64,000 bases of DNA from an uncultured Planctomycetia bacterium (GCA_964597545.1 CAZQXN010000009.1:16-64015), one strand, 5' to 3'. Positions 1 through 11,154 are shown, numbered from the stretch's first letter. Notes: generated by a model from the letters alone, not told the origin. Numbers and translations: made by a program.

Positions 1-303
1 ATTAAACTCACTGTGCTCATCAACCCAAAGGTGCGCCCCCTCAGCAGGAGAAAGGCTTTAGATTGGGAGGGGTGCCTTTCGGTGGAGAATCTGCGGGGCC
101 AGGTTCCGCGCTGGAAATCCATAGAGGTTCGGGCTTATAATGCTCAAGGTAAGCTGGTGCGCTTTAAGGCGAGTGATTTCTTTGCCCGGGTGATCCAGCA
201 TGAGTGTGATCATCTTCAGGGCAGGTTATTCATCGATCGAATGAAGGATTTCTCGACCCTCACGCACTTAGAGGAGTTTACGAGGTATTGGGAGCATGGT
301 TAA
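1..303 (+). CDS. def: Peptide deformylase (5'-truncated by window edge)
   Basis: EGCLS and QHECDHLQG motifs; frame open to the window start. Confidence 0.93.
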   Translation: MKLTVLINPKVRPLSRRKALDWEGCLSVENLRGQVPRWKSIEVRAYNAQGKLVRFKASDFFARVIQHECDHLQGRLFIDRMKDFSTLTHLEEFTRYWEHG

Positions 304-694
304 GGTAGAGAAACAGCTTTCGATCTTCCTGGAGAATCGACCAGGTGGTTTGGCCCGGATCTGCGGCACTCTGGCAGAGGCCGGCATCAACATCGTGGCA
401 CTGACGGTTCACGACACGGTAGACCACGCCATTGTGCGCCTTTTGGCCGATCGACCGGTCAAGGGCCTCTTGATCCTCGAGCAGTTGGGGCTCTATATCT
501 TAGAAAGTGATGTTGTGGTGATGGAGCTGGACAATCGCCCCGGTACCCTCGCTGAAATTGCCCGAAAGCTTGCCCGCGCTGATATCAACATCGAATACGC
601 CTACTGCACTGCCACTGACCACCAGGGACTTGGCGCCCTGGTCTTAAAGACCGACGAACCTGACCGCACCCTCGAGCTGCTCAACGAAGGTTGA
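296..694 (+). CDS. ACT-domain protein (two ACT repeats)
   Basis: QLSIFLENRPGGLA...GINI and LDNRPGTLA...ADINIEYAY repeats. Confidence 0.85.
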   Translation: MVKVEKQLSIFLENRPGGLARICGTLAEAGINIVALTVHDTVDHAIVRLLADRPVKGLLILEQLGLYILESDVVVMELDNRPGTLAEIARKLARADINIEYAYCTATDHQGLGALVLKTDEPDRTLELLNEG

Positions 695-766
695 CCCCGC
701 TGACCTAGGTATCCTCTTTGCACCGCTGGTGGCGGCGTAATTCCCCTCCCCCCAAAACCTAAGATC

Positions 767-807
767 GGTACCGGGTACAAACTGCCAAAATAAGTGTACC
801 CGGTACC
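767..807. repeat. Palindromic REP-like element, copy 1
   Basis: GGTACCGGGTACA (767-779) and its exact reverse complement TGTACCCGGTACC (795-807). Confidence 0.85.
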
Positions 808-839
808 AAGTGTGCGGATTCTTTTGTACAATGCTTTGC

Positions 840-2489
840 ATGAGTTCTGTTGTTGTTCTGCTGGGAGCACTCCTCATCTTTTCGGCCGGCTATCGCTGGT
901 ACGGCCAAAGGCTTGCCCGGTACTTCGGGGTGGATCCCTCTAAGCCCACTCCAGCCCACACCAAGGAAGACGGTCGCGACTTTGTTCCGGCCCGCAGCTG
1001 GTGGGTCCTCTTTGGCCATCACTTCTCTTCGATCTGCGGGGCAGGGCCCATCGTGGGGCCGGTGCTGGCGGTTGCCTTCTGGGGTTGGGGGCCGTCCATT
1101 CTGTGGGTTTTGGTGGGATCGGTCCTGATGGGGGCGGTTTCAGATTTCTCCAGCCTTTTTGTCTCGGTGCGTGCAGGCGGCGAGTCCATTCCTGAGGTTG
1201 CCCGACCAGAGATCTCCCCCAGGGCGCGCTTACTGTTCTCTGCCTTTATCTGGCTTTCTTTGGTTCTGGTGATTGCGGTTTTTGCCATCTTTGCTGCCAA
1301 GACCTATATCCAGGTGGCCGAGGCTGTCCTGCCATCTTGGGGATTGATTCCGGTGGCCCTGTTGACCGGCTGGCTCCTCTACCGCAGAGCATGGCCCACC
1401 TGGCTGGCGACCTTGGTTGGATTAGGCGGTTTGGCCGCCCTTTTGGTGGCCGGCAAAGCTTTTCCTGTGAATTTGCCTGAAATCCCAGGGCTTACTCCTC
1501 AGAACGCGTGGATTCTACTGCTGTTGGCCTATGCTTTCTTGGCATCGGTAATGCCGGTCAACATTCTTTTGCAGCCCAGGGATTATCTGGCAAGCTTTCT
1601 GCTCTTATCTGCGATCGGGATCGGGGTGGTTTCAGTTTTGGTGAGCCGTCCTACCATGGATCCGGTTTTGCTCCATTCTTTGAGGCCCCAAGAGTGGGAA
1701 GCGGCCGGGCCCCTCTGGCCCATGCTCTTTGTGACCATTGCCTGCGGCGCGATCTCCGGGTTCCATGCGTTGGTTTCCTCTGGGACGACCTGTAAGCAGT
1801 TGGGTTCTGAGGCCCATGCCTGCCGCATCGGCTACGGCGGGATGTTGATGGAGGGGTTGGTGGGTGTTTTAGTGGTGATTTGTGTGGCAGCAGCCCTCTC
1901 AAGGACAGAGCTCATTACGCTGCTCAAGTCAGGTGGGCCGATCTCTGCCTTTAGCGGTGGCTATGGCAAGCTCTCTTTTGCTTTCCTAGGAACTTTTGGA
2001 GCTGCTTTTGCGGTGATGGCCCTCAATGCCTTTATCCTGACCACCCTGGATACGGCCACCCGAATTGGGCGGTATTTGACCGGTGAGCTCTTTGGGATCC
2101 GCTCAATTTACGGCTCAACGCTGCTGGTCGTGGTTGCGGCGGGATGGCTGGCCCTTACCGGGCAGTGGACTCGAATCTGGCCGGCCTTTGGCGCTTCCAA
2201 TCAGTTGGTAGCCGGGTTGGCCCTTTTGGTGGTTTCCTGCTGGATGATTCGGCGTGGGCGGCCGGCAAGATTCACACTGATACCGGCGCTGATCATGTTG
2301 GTGACCACCCTGGCAGCCTTTGGGTATCAATTGGCGAGTGCTTTGTCCAGGCGCAATGCGGATACAGGGATTCTCGAGCCGGATTACTTTCTTTCGGGGG
2401 TGGTGGTGGTTTTGATGGTGCTGGCTGCGGTGGTTTTTATTGAGGCTTTAAAGGTACTGCGGGAGAAGCCGCAAGCAGCTCTTCCCTAA
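840..2489 (+). CDS. cstA: Carbon starvation protein A family transporter
   Basis: TPAH..DG.DFVP, LFGHHFSSICGAGPIVGP, PMLFVTIACGAISGFH, LDTATR motifs; ATG at 840 chosen, with TACAAT 7 nt upstream. Confidence 0.92.
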   Translation: MSSVVVLLGALLIFSAGYRWYGQRLARYFGVDPSKPTPAHTKEDGRDFVPARSWWVLFGHHFSSICGAGPIVGPVLAVAFWGWGPSILWVLVGSVLMGAVSDFSSLFVSVRAGGESIPEVARPEISPRARLLFSAFIWLSLVLVIAVFAIFAAKTYIQVAEAVLPSWGLIPVALLTGWLLYRRAWPTWLATLVGLGGLAALLVAGKAFPVNLPEIPGLTPQNAWILLLLAYAFLASVMPVNILLQPRDYLASFLLLSAIGIGVVSVLVSRPTMDPVLLHSLRPQEWEAAGPLWPMLFVTIACGAISGFHALVSSGTTCKQLGSEAHACRIGYGGMLMEGLVGVLVVICVAAALSRTELITLLKSGGPISAFSGGYGKLSFAFLGTFGAAFAVMALNAFILTTLDTATRIGRYLTGELFGIRSIYGSTLLVVVAAGWLALTGQWTRIWPAFGASNQLVAGLALLVVSCWMIRRGRPARFTLIPALIMLVTTLAAFGYQLASALSRRNADTGILEPDYFLSGVVVVLMVLAAVVFIEALKVLREKPQAALP

Positions 2490-3012
2490 GCGTTTCAGCT
2501 TTCTTTGCCCCGACCAAAATCCCTACAAGGGTCAACGCAAACTCCATGGCCGTGCCCGGTCCGCGAGAAGTGATGATCTTCTTGTCTACCACTACCCGTT
2601 CTTCGCTGTAGCGGGCGACCTGGTTCACCCCTGAGCGGACCGAAGGGTGGCTCGTAGCCCGCCTGTCTCTGATGAAACCGTTTGCGGCCAGCAGGGCGGG
2701 GGCGGCACAGATGGCAGCGATGTACTTGTCCTGCCGTGCGAATTCTTCCAGCAGAGACAGAAAATCGGGATACCTCTGGAGATGCTCCACCCCTTTGGTG
2801 CCTCCAGGCAGGGCAATCATGTCAAAGAGGACAGGGTCTGCTTCATTCAGCAGGCAGTCGGCCATCATGTGGATGCCGTGGGAGCCTTCCAGAGACCCAG
2901 AGGCGGTACCCGCAACCGTTACACCCACCTCAGCCCGACGCAGTACGTCAATGAGGGTAACCGTCTCAATCTCCTCAAACCCCGGAGCCAGAGGAACCAG
3001 AACCCGTTTCAT
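2437..3012 (-). CDS. DJ-1/YajL (ThiJ) family protein
   Basis: LAPGFEEIE, LPGG, AAICAAP, TSRGPGTA. Confidence 0.9.
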   Translation of the reverse strand: MKRVLVPLAPGFEEIETVTLIDVLRRAEVGVTVAGTASGSLEGSHGIHMMADCLLNEADPVLFDMIALPGGTKGVEHLQRYPDFLSLLEEFARQDKYIAAICAAPALLAANGFIRDRRATSHPSVRSGVNQVARYSEERVVVDKKIITSRGPGTAMEFALTLVGILVGAKKAETLREELLAASPAVPLKPQ

Positions 3013-3018
3013 GGGGAC

Positions 3019-3038
3019 ATTTTACCATGTGTTAGAAT
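3019..3038. promoter_or_regulatory. Back-to-back extended -10 promoters for the divergent DJ-1 and CCA genes
   Basis: Minus strand TGGTAAAAT 6 nt before ATG 3012; plus strand TGTTAGAAT 7 nt before ATG 3046; no SD on either. Confidence 0.6.
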
Positions 3039-3045
3039 AAGGGTC

Positions 3046-4401
3046 ATGCCAACTCGAAAAACCATTCGATTTAAGAAAACTGAGAAATACCAGGCAGCTG
3101 TCGGCATTGTCCGCCTCCTCTATGAGGCAAGACATGAGGCCTACTTGGTGGGGGGGTGCGTCCGGGATCTGCTGATGAAGCGGACCCCTCAAGATTTTGA
3201 TGTAGCCACCTCAGCTAAGCCTGAGGAGGTCAGCCGCCTCTTCAGGCGGACGATCCCGGTAGGGGTGAAGTTTGGTGTGCAGTTGGTGCTGGTCAAGGGG
3301 GTTCCCTATGAGGTGGCGACTTTCCGGACGGATCAGGCGTACAAGGACGGCCGCCGTCCCGAGGGGGTGATCTTCTCCAACCCCAAGGAGGATGCCCTTC
3401 GACGAGATTTTACAGTAAACTCCCTCTTCTTTGATCCGAAAAAGAATCGCGTGATCGATTTCTGTTCAGGGCAGAAAGATTTAGATGCTCGCGTCATCCG
3501 GGCAATCGGCGAACCGCGCCGCCGCTTCTCAGAGGATCGCTTAAGGATGCTGCGCGCAGTCCGCTTTGCAGCGACCCTAGAATTTACCATTGAGCCCAAG
3601 ACCTTCCGGGCCATCCAGAAGGAGGCCAGGGCAATCACCGAGGTGAGCCTTGAGCGCATCCGGGATGAATTGGTGAAGCTCTTTACCGGACCCCATCCCG
3701 GCAAAGGCCTAGCACTTTTGGACGCAAGCGGTTTATTGCCATATATTCTGCCTGAGGTATCCAAGATGAAGGGGGTGCAGCAGCCGCCGGAGTTCCATCC
3801 GGAGGGGGATGTCTTTGTGCATACCAAACTCCTCCTGGACAAGCTCCCCAGCACCTCTGCGGTGTTGATCTTTGGAGCACTGCTGCACGATGTGGGCAAG
3901 CCTCCGACCTTTAAGGTGAAGGAGCGGATTCGTTTTGACGGTCATGACGTGGTCGGTAAGCGCATGGCAGAGAAGATCTGCCGACGCCTGCACTTTTCCA
4001 ATGCCGAGGGACAGGCCATTGTCGAGATTGTCGGCAACCACATGCGTTTTAAGGATGTCAAACTGATGCGCATGTCCACCCTTAAGCGGTTCTTGGCACG
4101 GCCGACCCTTGCCGAGGAGATGAAGCTTCACCGGGCGGACTGCCAAGTCAGCCACGGGGATCTCAGCAATTGGAGGTTCCTGCGCAGAAAGCAGAAGGAG
4201 TTTTCCATTCGGGAGATACGGCCCAAGCCCCTGTTGCGCGGCCAGGATCTGTTGGCATTGGGTTTTCAGACCAGCCCTTTGATTGGTGTGATCTTAAAGG
4301 CTGTTGAGGAGCGCCAACTGGAGGGGGAGTTGACCGCTAAGGCTCAAGCCCTCGCTTGGGTTAAGGAATCTTTTTCGCCGGGAAAGAGAGATATCCGATG
4401 A
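3046..4401 (+). CDS. cca: CCA tRNA nucleotidyltransferase / poly(A) polymerase family with HD domain
   Basis: VGGCVRD, DFDVAT, RRDFTVN, EDRLRMLRAVRF, LLHDVGK; start moved from 2647 to ATG 3046. Confidence 0.88.
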   Translation: MPTRKTIRFKKTEKYQAAVGIVRLLYEARHEAYLVGGCVRDLLMKRTPQDFDVATSAKPEEVSRLFRRTIPVGVKFGVQLVLVKGVPYEVATFRTDQAYKDGRRPEGVIFSNPKEDALRRDFTVNSLFFDPKKNRVIDFCSGQKDLDARVIRAIGEPRRRFSEDRLRMLRAVRFAATLEFTIEPKTFRAIQKEARAITEVSLERIRDELVKLFTGPHPGKGLALLDASGLLPYILPEVSKMKGVQQPPEFHPEGDVFVHTKLLLDKLPSTSAVLIFGALLHDVGKPPTFKVKERIRFDGHDVVGKRMAEKICRRLHFSNAEGQAIVEIVGNHMRFKDVKLMRMSTLKRFLARPTLAEEMKLHRADCQVSHGDLSNWRFLRRKQKEFSIREIRPKPLLRGQDLLALGFQTSPLIGVILKAVEERQLEGELTAKAQALAWVKESFSPGKRDIR

Positions 4402-5189
4402 CGCCGAGCCCGGCCAGACCCGAGCGCCGCCCACTGATCATAGAGGTGATCGGATCCGTCCTTGCCTGGATCATGATCATAGTAGTCACCTTTATCGCGG
4501 CAGCGGTCATGGCCCTGATTTATGTTTTCACTAGGGGTTTTGATCCGCACCGCCGGCGTTGCCACCAGGTTGCTCACTGGTGGGGCAAATCATTGATTAA
4601 GCTCAACCCCACCCACCAGGTCTATGTCCATGGCCGGGAAAATATCCCCAAGGACCGGTCCGTGATCTTTATGGCAAATCACCAAAGCTACTCGGATATT
4701 CCTGTCATCTACTTTATTAATCAGGATTTCAGATGGCTGGCAAACCAGGAGTTGTTTCGCACTCCTCCGGTTGGTTGGTGCATGGGGATGGCCGGCTATG
4801 TCCCGGTTCGCCGAGGCAATCCTAAAGCGGCCAAGCGGACCGCCGAGCAGGTTCGCTCCTGGCTGGGAAAGGGTGTCTCTGTCTTTGTTTTTCCGGAAGG
4901 GACCCGTTCCCGCGTGGGGGCGTTCGGTAAATTTCTCATGGGTGGATTCCGGCTGGCGGTGACGACCGGAACCCCGATTGTTCCGGTGGTGTTAGTGGGG
5001 ACCCGGCAGCTGTTGCCCCGGGGTGGGTGGATTTTCCGAATGGGGGCAAAGCCCCAGATCCATCTCCTGCCGCCTATTGCCCCGGAATCCTCTGACTTGA
5101 AGGAGGTGCGCTTCTTGGCGAGAAAGGTGAGGGGTGCAATGGTTCAGGTTTATCGCAAGTATTTAAAGGAGGCGCGGCGCAGTGTCTAA
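4398..5189 (+). CDS. plsC: 1-acyl-sn-glycerol-3-phosphate acyltransferase
   Basis: NHQSYSD and FPEGTRS motifs; N-terminal TM helix. Confidence 0.88.
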   Translation: MTPSPARPERRPLIIEVIGSVLAWIMIIVVTFIAAAVMALIYVFTRGFDPHRRRCHQVAHWWGKSLIKLNPTHQVYVHGRENIPKDRSVIFMANHQSYSDIPVIYFINQDFRWLANQELFRTPPVGWCMGMAGYVPVRRGNPKAAKRTAEQVRSWLGKGVSVFVFPEGTRSRVGAFGKFLMGGFRLAVTTGTPIVPVVLVGTRQLLPRGGWIFRMGAKPQIHLLPPIAPESSDLKEVRFLARKVRGAMVQVYRKYLKEARRSV

Positions 5190-6312
5190 GGGATGTACAG
5201 CTGCGCTCATGGTGGCGGCCAGCCAAAACAGCGCAGATCTCTTCTATGCCACGCGCTTTAGGGCGCCGGACCCCTTTATCTATGTTGAGATTGCAGGTAA
5301 AAAGATTCTGGTACTGTCTGACCTGGAGATTGATCGAGCCAAGAAGGAGGCTCGGGCCGATGAAATCCTTTCCCTCTCCAAGATTCAGGCGGTGTTGAGC
5401 AAGGGGGATCTTCCACGGGCCGGAACCTTAGAGGTGATCGACCACCTCTTTAAGGAGCGGGGCGTTACCTCGGTGCGGGTGCCGAGCGCCTTCCCGGTGT
5501 CCCTGGCTGACCGCCTGCGCAAAAAGAAATATGCCCTCAAGGTCATTGAGGAGCCCTTCTTTCCTGACCGGATGATCAAGGCCCCTGATGAGGTGGAATC
5601 GATTCGACAGACCCTGCGCAAGGCAGAGTCGGCCCTGGAGGGTGCCTTGGAGTTTATCGGGAGTGCGGAGATTCGAAAAGAGGAGCTGTGGGTTGAGGGT
5701 GAACCGTTAACCTCAGAGTTGGTGCGCCGGCGCATGCAAATTGCCCTCTTGAATGAGGGGTATTGGGCCCGTGAGGTCATTGTGGCCGGCGGCGCGCAGG
5801 CTTGCGATCCTCACAACACAGGCTCCGGAGCCCTTAGGGCCCATTGGCCGATCATCCTGGACCTGTTTCCAGTTTCCCTGGAGAGCGGTTATTGCGCTGA
5901 TATAAGCCGGACTGTTGTTAAGGGTAAGTCTTCCGAGAAGGTCAAGCGGATGTACCAGGCGGTCCAGCAGGGGCAGGAGCTTGCTTTCATGCAATTGAAA
6001 GACGGCATTGACGGACGCGTGGTGCACCAGGCCATACTGGACCATTTTGAGGCTCAGGGATTCCCGACGCGGGAAGAACAGGGCCGGATGGTCGGTTTCT
6101 TCCATGGGACCGGCCATGGGTTGGGGCTGGAGGTGCATGAGCCTCCCCGCATCAGTCCCGTAGAGGAGGCCCTTAAGGCTGGGCAGGTGGTTACAGTGGA
6201 GCCCGGCCTCTACTATCCTGACGCCGGCGGCATCCGGCTAGAGGATGACGTGTTGATTACCGAGACCGGCTGCGAGAACCTGACTGTCCTGCCGAAATTC
6301 CTGGAGCTATAA
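5182..6312 (+). CDS. Xaa-Pro peptidase (M24 family)
   Basis: ADISRT, HGTGHGLGLEVHE, TVEPGLY, GIRLED. Confidence 0.92.
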   Translation: MSKGCTAALMVAASQNSADLFYATRFRAPDPFIYVEIAGKKILVLSDLEIDRAKKEARADEILSLSKIQAVLSKGDLPRAGTLEVIDHLFKERGVTSVRVPSAFPVSLADRLRKKKYALKVIEEPFFPDRMIKAPDEVESIRQTLRKAESALEGALEFIGSAEIRKEELWVEGEPLTSELVRRRMQIALLNEGYWAREVIVAGGAQACDPHNTGSGALRAHWPIILDLFPVSLESGYCADISRTVVKGKSSEKVKRMYQAVQQGQELAFMQLKDGIDGRVVHQAILDHFEAQGFPTREEQGRMVGFFHGTGHGLGLEVHEPPRISPVEEALKAGQVVTVEPGLYYPDAGGIRLEDDVLITETGCENLTVLPKFLEL

Positions 6313-6315
6313 CCC

Positions 6316-6366
6316 GGTACCGGGTACAGTTTTCAACAAGCGGTGTTAATAAGTGTACCCGGTACC
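6316..6366. repeat. Palindromic REP-like element, copy 2 (between convergent genes)
   Basis: GGTACCGGGTACA (6316-6328) ... TGTACCCGGTACC (6354-6366). Confidence 0.85.
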
Positions 6367-6394
6367 AGTTTTGGGTACCGGTGTTGGGGTTGCT

Positions 6395-6997
6395 TTAGCG
6401 CTGGGGGCTGTGCTTGGCTTCAAAGGCGGTGATGACCGCCTCTTGTTTCAGAGTCACAGCGATGGGGTCGAGCCCGCGGACTAAGAGCTCCTTAACGGCC
6501 GGATCGATCTCGAAGCTAAAGACAAGTTCCTCATCCAGGTGCAGGGTGACCCGCTGGTGATCCAGAGCCACCGTGGCCTCTAGCCCCTGGGTGCGTCCTA
6601 CCCTCTGAAAGATTTCATCTACCTCAGCTTCTTCTAGCGTTACCGTCAGCAGCCCATTCTTGGCGCTGTTGTTGCGGAAGATGTCAGCAAAGCTTGGTGC
6701 AATGACCACACGGAAACCCGCCTGCTGAACTGCCCAGACGGCGTGCTCCCGAGAGGAGCCGCAGCCAAAGTTGTTCCGGACCACCAGAATGGAGGCTCCC
6801 TTAAAGCGCGGAAGGTTCAACGCAAACTCCGGATTGGGTTTGCCCTTTGAAAGCTTCGCCCAGTCATAGAAGAGGGATTTTCCAAAACCGGTCTTCTTGA
6901 TCGATTTTAAGAACTGCTTGGGGATAATCTGGTCGGTATCCACATTGGACCGGTCTAGGGTAACCACGAGGCCGCGGTGGCTCTTAAAGGGCTTCAT
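6395..6997 (-). CDS. leuD: 3-isopropylmalate dehydratase small subunit
   Basis: [30 protein letters not shown]. Confidence 0.96.
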   Translation of the reverse strand: MKPFKSHRGLVVTLDRSNVDTDQIIPKQFLKSIKKTGFGKSLFYDWAKLSKGKPNPEFALNLPRFKGASILVVRNNFGCGSSREHAVWAVQQAGFRVVIAPSFADIFRNNSAKNGLLTVTLEEAEVDEIFQRVGRTQGLEATVALDHQRVTLHLDEELVFSFEIDPAVKELLVRGLDPIAVTLKQEAVITAFEAKHSPQR

Positions 6998-8403
6998 CGG
7001 TTCTTACCCCATTTGCGGATGTCCACAAAGTGTCCTTCCACAGCTGCCGCTGCCGCCATCTCAGGGGAGACCAAGTGAGTTCTTCCTCCCTTGCCCTGGC
7101 GGCCTTCGAAGTTGCGGTTAGAAGTAGAGGCGCAGCGCTCCCCGGGTTTCAGCTGGTCTGGGTTCATCCCTAAGCACATGCTGCAGCCCGAGTGTCTCCA
7201 GTCAGCTCCAGCACTCTTAAAGATCTTGTCCAATCCCTCTGCTTGCGCTTGGGCGCGCACAGGCTCTGAGCCGGGGACCACCAGGACCTTAACACCGGGG
7301 GCAATCTTGTGTCCTTTAAGCATTTGTGCGGCGGCCCTTAAATCCTCGATGCGGCCGTTGGTGCAGCTGCCGATGAAGACGGTGTTGATTCTAATCTGTT
7401 CCATTGGGGTGCCTGGAGTCAGCCCCATGTAGCTCAGCGCCTGCTCCACGTCCTTGCGGCTGTAGCCGGGAACCTTTCCTGGGTCAGGGACGCGGCCTGC
7501 GACATCGATTACCATCCCAGGGCTTGTTCCCCAGGTAATCTGAGGAGCGATCTCGAAGGCATCCAGGGTGACGGTTTTATCGAATAGGGCGTTCGAATCG
7601 CTGGGCAGCGTGCGCCAAAAGGCGAGCGCCTTCTCCAGAGCTGCACCCTTGGGCGCAAAGGGACGATCTCCAGAGGCGATGTATTCGAAGGTGGTCTCGT
7701 CAGGGGCGATCATGCCGGCACGGGCTCCAGCCTCAATCGACATGTTGCAGATGGTGGTTCTTGCCTCCATGGAGAGGGCGCGAATTGCAGAACCGGCATA
7801 CTCCAGGACATGACCGGTGCCGCCGGCCGCTCCAATGGTGCCGATGAGCTTTAAGATCATGTCCTTGGCCGTGACGCCAGGGGAGAGGGAGCCGGTAAAT
7901 TCTACCCGAAAAGTCTTAGGCTTGGTTTGAGTCAGGCACTGGGTGGCCAGGACGTGCTCTACCTCAGAGGTTCCAATCCCAAAGGCCAAAGCTCCGAAGG
8001 CACCGTGCGTAGAAGTATGGGAATCCCCGCAGACCAGGGTGATGCCGGGCAGGGTCAGTCCCAGCTCAGGGCCGATGATGTGGACAACGCCCTGACGGTC
8101 GCTGGATAGGCCATAAAGCGTAATGCCAAAATCCCGACAGTTCTTCTCCAGGGCCTCGATCTGGGCGCGGGAGGTCAAATCACGAATGTTGACCCGGTCA
8201 TCGGTCGGAACGTTGTGGTCCATTGTCGCAAAGGTGAGCTCCGGTTTGCGGACACCCCTTTTATTCAGGCGCAGCCCTTCAAAGGCCTGAGGGGAGGTCA
8301 CCTCATGGACCAGGTGGCGGTCGATGTAGAGCAGGGTCCCTCCGCCGGGCTGGACCGCCACTGCGTGGGCCTGCCAGATCTTTTCAAACAGGGTTTTCGG
8401 CAT
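6994..8403 (-). CDS. leuC: 3-isopropylmalate dehydratase large subunit
   Basis: [10 protein letters not shown] start at 8403, [40 protein letters not shown]. Confidence 0.97.
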   Translation of the reverse strand: MPKTLFEKIWQAHAVAVQPGGGTLLYIDRHLVHEVTSPQAFEGLRLNKRGVRKPELTFATMDHNVPTDDRVNIRDLTSRAQIEALEKNCRDFGITLYGLSSDRQGVVHIIGPELGLTLPGITLVCGDSHTSTHGAFGALAFGIGTSEVEHVLATQCLTQTKPKTFRVEFTGSLSPGVTAKDMILKLIGTIGAAGGTGHVLEYAGSAIRALSMEARTTICNMSIEAGARAGMIAPDETTFEYIASGDRPFAPKGAALEKALAFWRTLPSDSNALFDKTVTLDAFEIAPQITWGTSPGMVIDVAGRVPDPGKVPGYSRKDVEQALSYMGLTPGTPMEQIRINTVFIGSCTNGRIEDLRAAAQMLKGHKIAPGVKVLVVPGSEPVRAQAQAEGLDKIFKSAGADWRHSGCSMCLGMNPDQLKPGERCASTSNRNFEGRQGKGGRTHLVSPEMAAAAAVEGHFVDIRKWGKNR

Positions 8404-8887
8404 TCTTCTTCTCAAAGGTGAGAAAGCTGTAGGGATAAGGGTTATCTGCATCTGCTTGACAATCCTTCCGCGAGGTCTCCTGCCAGAGTTCCTTGTCCAA
8501 ATCAAAGAGCAGGGTGTCCCCCTCAAACTCCTCATGGATCTGGGTCAGATAAATCTTGTGGGCCATGGGAAGGGTTTGCTGATAGATGCTGGCGCCGCCG
8601 ATCACAAAGATCTCGGGTGCTTCGCTGCAAAGCTGAAGCCCCTCGGACAGAGAGCCGGCGATCAGACAATCCTTGGCTTGAAAATTCTTCTGCCGCGTGA
8701 TCACCACATTTTTGCGTCCGGGCAGGGCTCTGCCGATGGACTCATAGGTCTTGCGGCCCATCACCACCGGATGGCTGAGCGTCATCTCTTTGAAGCGCTT
8801 TAAATCCGCCGGGAGCTTCCAGGGCAGCCGGTTGTTGGCGCCGATGACTCCGTTGGCTGAGGTTGCACAGATCAGTGAAATGCTCAT
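8384..8887 (-). CDS. folA: Dihydrofolate reductase
   Basis: [30 protein letters not shown]. Confidence 0.96.
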   Translation of the reverse strand: MSISLICATSANGVIGANNRLPWKLPADLKRFKEMTLSHPVVMGRKTYESIGRALPGRKNVVITRQKNFQAKDCLIAGSLSEGLQLCSEAPEIFVIGGASIYQQTLPMAHKIYLTQIHEEFEGDTLLFDLDKELWQETSRKDCQADADNPYPYSFLTFEKKNAENPV

Positions 8888-8890
8888 GGG

Positions 8891-9685
8891 TCAGACCGCA
8901 ATCTCAGCTCGGATGAGCGGGTGGTGTGTGTAGTTTTCCAGGGCGAAATCCTCGTAGTCGAAGTCAAAGATGGACTGCACCTTTGGGTTTAAGCGCATCT
9001 GGGGCAGAGGATAGGGCTCGCGAGTCAGCTGGAGTTTTGCCTGCTCCAAATGATTGCTGTAGAGATGCGCATCGCCGAAAGTGTGAACAAAGGTTCCGGG
9101 TTTCAGCCCGCAGGTTTGCGCCATCATGAGTGTCAAGAGGGCATAGGAGGCGATGTTGAAGGGGACTCCCAGAAAGACATCGGCTGAACGCTGATAGAGC
9201 TGGCAGGAGAGTTGCCCTTGAGCCACATAGAATTGGAAGAAGCAGTGGCAGGGGGGAAGCTTCATCTTGGGAATCTCCGAGGCATTCCAGGCAGAGACGA
9301 TCAGGCGCCGAGAGTTGGGGTTGGTTTTGATCTGGTCAATGACCTGATTGATTTGATCTATGGCGCCCCCATCAGGGGTGGGCCAACTGCGCCATTGGGC
9401 GCCGTAGATTGGGCCCAGGTTCCCCTGGGCATCGGCCCATTCATTCCATATGGTGACCCCATGGTCATTGAGGTATTGGGTGTTGGTGTCCCCCTTGAGG
9501 AACCAGAGCAGCTCATAGATGACCGATTTCAGATGCACCTTCTTCGTGGTCACCAGGGGGAACCCCTGGGACAGATCAAAGCGCATCTGATGGCCGAAAA
9601 CAGACAAGGTGCCTGTGCCGGTTCGATCGGCCTTCTGGATGCCGCAATCCAGGATATGCTGCATGAGTTCCAGGTAGGTTTTCAT
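8891..9685 (-). CDS. thyA: Thymidylate synthase
   Basis: [30 protein letters not shown]; ATG at 9685. Confidence 0.97.
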   Translation of the reverse strand: MKTYLELMQHILDCGIQKADRTGTGTLSVFGHQMRFDLSQGFPLVTTKKVHLKSVIYELLWFLKGDTNTQYLNDHGVTIWNEWADAQGNLGPIYGAQWRSWPTPDGGAIDQINQVIDQIKTNPNSRRLIVSAWNASEIPKMKLPPCHCFFQFYVAQGQLSCQLYQRSADVFLGVPFNIASYALLTLMMAQTCGLKPGTFVHTFGDAHLYSNHLEQAKLQLTREPYPLPQMRLNPKVQSIFDFDYEDFALENYTHHPLIRAEIAV

Positions 9686-9759
9686 GGGGGATCTATTATA
9701 CACCAAGAGGCCTGTCCCCTTGAGGGGGTGTCATGTTATACTCTCAGTCAACCCCAGTC

Positions 9760-10113
9760 ATGAACGAGTATCTCGGCGTCTTTATTTCCCTAGTTTTTGC
9801 AGCCCTGGTTGCGGGCGGTTTTCTCCTTTTGGCGGCCCTCCTGGGCCCCAAAAAACCTTCTGCGGCCAAGTCAGAACCCTTTGAGTGCGGAAAACCCCCG
9901 TTTCATCTGCCTGCCGGTCGTTTCCCTGTGAAGTTCTATTTGGTTGCCATGCTCTTCCTTCTCTTTGATGTGGAGCTGGTTTTCCTCTTTCCTTGGGCCG
10001 TGGTCTATCGACAGCTCGGTTGGTTTGGTTTCCTGGAGGTGCTGGTCTTCCTGGGAATTGTGGTGATCGGATTTGTTTATGCCTGGAAGAAGGGGGCGCT
10101 GGATTGGGAGTAA
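9760..10113 (+). CDS. nuoA: NADH-quinone oxidoreductase subunit A
   Basis: PFECG, KFYLVAMLFLLFDVE, KKGALDWE. Confidence 0.95.
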   Translation: MNEYLGVFISLVFAALVAGGFLLLAALLGPKKPSAAKSEPFECGKPPFHLPAGRFPVKFYLVAMLFLLFDVELVFLFPWAVVYRQLGWFGFLEVLVFLGIVVIGFVYAWKKGALDWE

Positions 10114-10592
10114 ACCTGCTCGGTAACGGAAAGAATTTCCTGACGACCCAGGTGGATTCTGCGGTCGGCTGGGCACGGAAGTTCTCCCTCTTTCAATATC
10201 CCTTTGTGACTGCCTGCTGCGGCATGGAGTACATGGCGACTGCCTGCTCCCACTACGACATTGACCGCTTTGGAGCGGGCTTCCCCCGCTTCTCCCCCCG
10301 GCAGGCTGATCTCCTCTTTGTGGTCGGGACCATCAGCCACAAGCTTGCCCCGGTCCTCAAGACCATCTATGATCAAATGGCCGAACCCAAATGGGTAATT
10401 GCCTTCGGGGTCTGTACCTGCACCGGGGGGTTCTATGACAACTACGCGACGGTCATGGGGATTGACACGATCATCCCGGTGGACATTTACATCCCGGGCT
10501 GTCCGCCGCGTCCAGAGAATGTGTTGGACGGCTTAATGAAACTGCAGGCAAAAATTCAGGAGGAGCACCGTGGACCCCGCCGCGCTGTGTGA
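10104..10592 (+). CDS. nuoB: NADH-quinone oxidoreductase subunit B
   Basis: TACCGME, FSPRQAD, YIPGCPPRPE; TTG start overlapping the nuoA end. Confidence 0.95.
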   Translation: MGVNLLGNGKNFLTTQVDSAVGWARKFSLFQYPFVTACCGMEYMATACSHYDIDRFGAGFPRFSPRQADLLFVVGTISHKLAPVLKTIYDQMAEPKWVIAFGVCTCTGGFYDNYATVMGIDTIIPVDIYIPGCPPRPENVLDGLMKLQAKIQEEHRGPRRAV

Positions 10593-11154
10593 GCTTCTCC
10601 AGAAGCGTTTCGCCGATGGCGTGATTGCGACACACCACCATCGGGGAGATGCGACGGTGACCCTTGGCAAGGGGTGCCTTTTAGAGGCGGCCCGCTTCTT
10701 AAAGGAGGAACCCTCCCTTCAGATGAACTTTCTTGTGGATTTGACCGCCGTGGATTACTTGAACTTTGGCCAGTGCCTGCCCGCTGGCGGGGCCTTTGCC
10801 AATCAGGGAGTGCCGTTGGCCCCCCCAAGCGCTCTTCAGGATGATCTCCCTTGGCCGGGATCGGCAACCCCAGAGCGCTTTGAGGTGGTTTATCACTTCT
10901 TCTCTTTGTGCCACCGGCACCGCATACGAGTGAAGGTTCCGGTTGGGGTGGAGGACCTGGCGGTGGATTCATTGGTTTCACTCTGGGCAGCGGCCGATTG
11001 GTTTGAGCGTGAGGTGTGGGACATGTTCGGGATCCATTTTCAGGGACATCCGAATCTTAAGCGGATCCTCATGTACGAGGAGTTTCAGGGCCATCCCTTG
11101 AGAAAGGATTATCCGGTGAACAAGCGTCAGCCCCTGCTGGGACCCATCAACTGA
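10570..11154 (+). CDS. nuoC: NADH-quinone oxidoreductase subunit C
   Basis: DLTAVDY, EREVWDMFGI.F.GHP, GHPLRKDYP. Confidence 0.95.
   Translation: MDPAALCELLQKRFADGVIATHHHRGDATVTLGKGCLLEAARFLKEEPSLQMNFLVDLTAVDYLNFGQCLPAGGAFANQGVPLAPPSALQDDLPWPGSATPERFEVVYHFFSLCHRHRIRVKVPVGVEDLAVDSLVSLWAAADWFEREVWDMFGIHFQGHPNLKRILMYEEFQGHPLRKDYPVNKRQPLLGPIN

Noticed and set aside
2647-3045. 133-aa N-terminal extension of the CCA enzyme in the ORF track
   Set aside because: It overlaps the DJ-1 gene on the opposite strand; family similarity and a -10 box point to ATG 3046.
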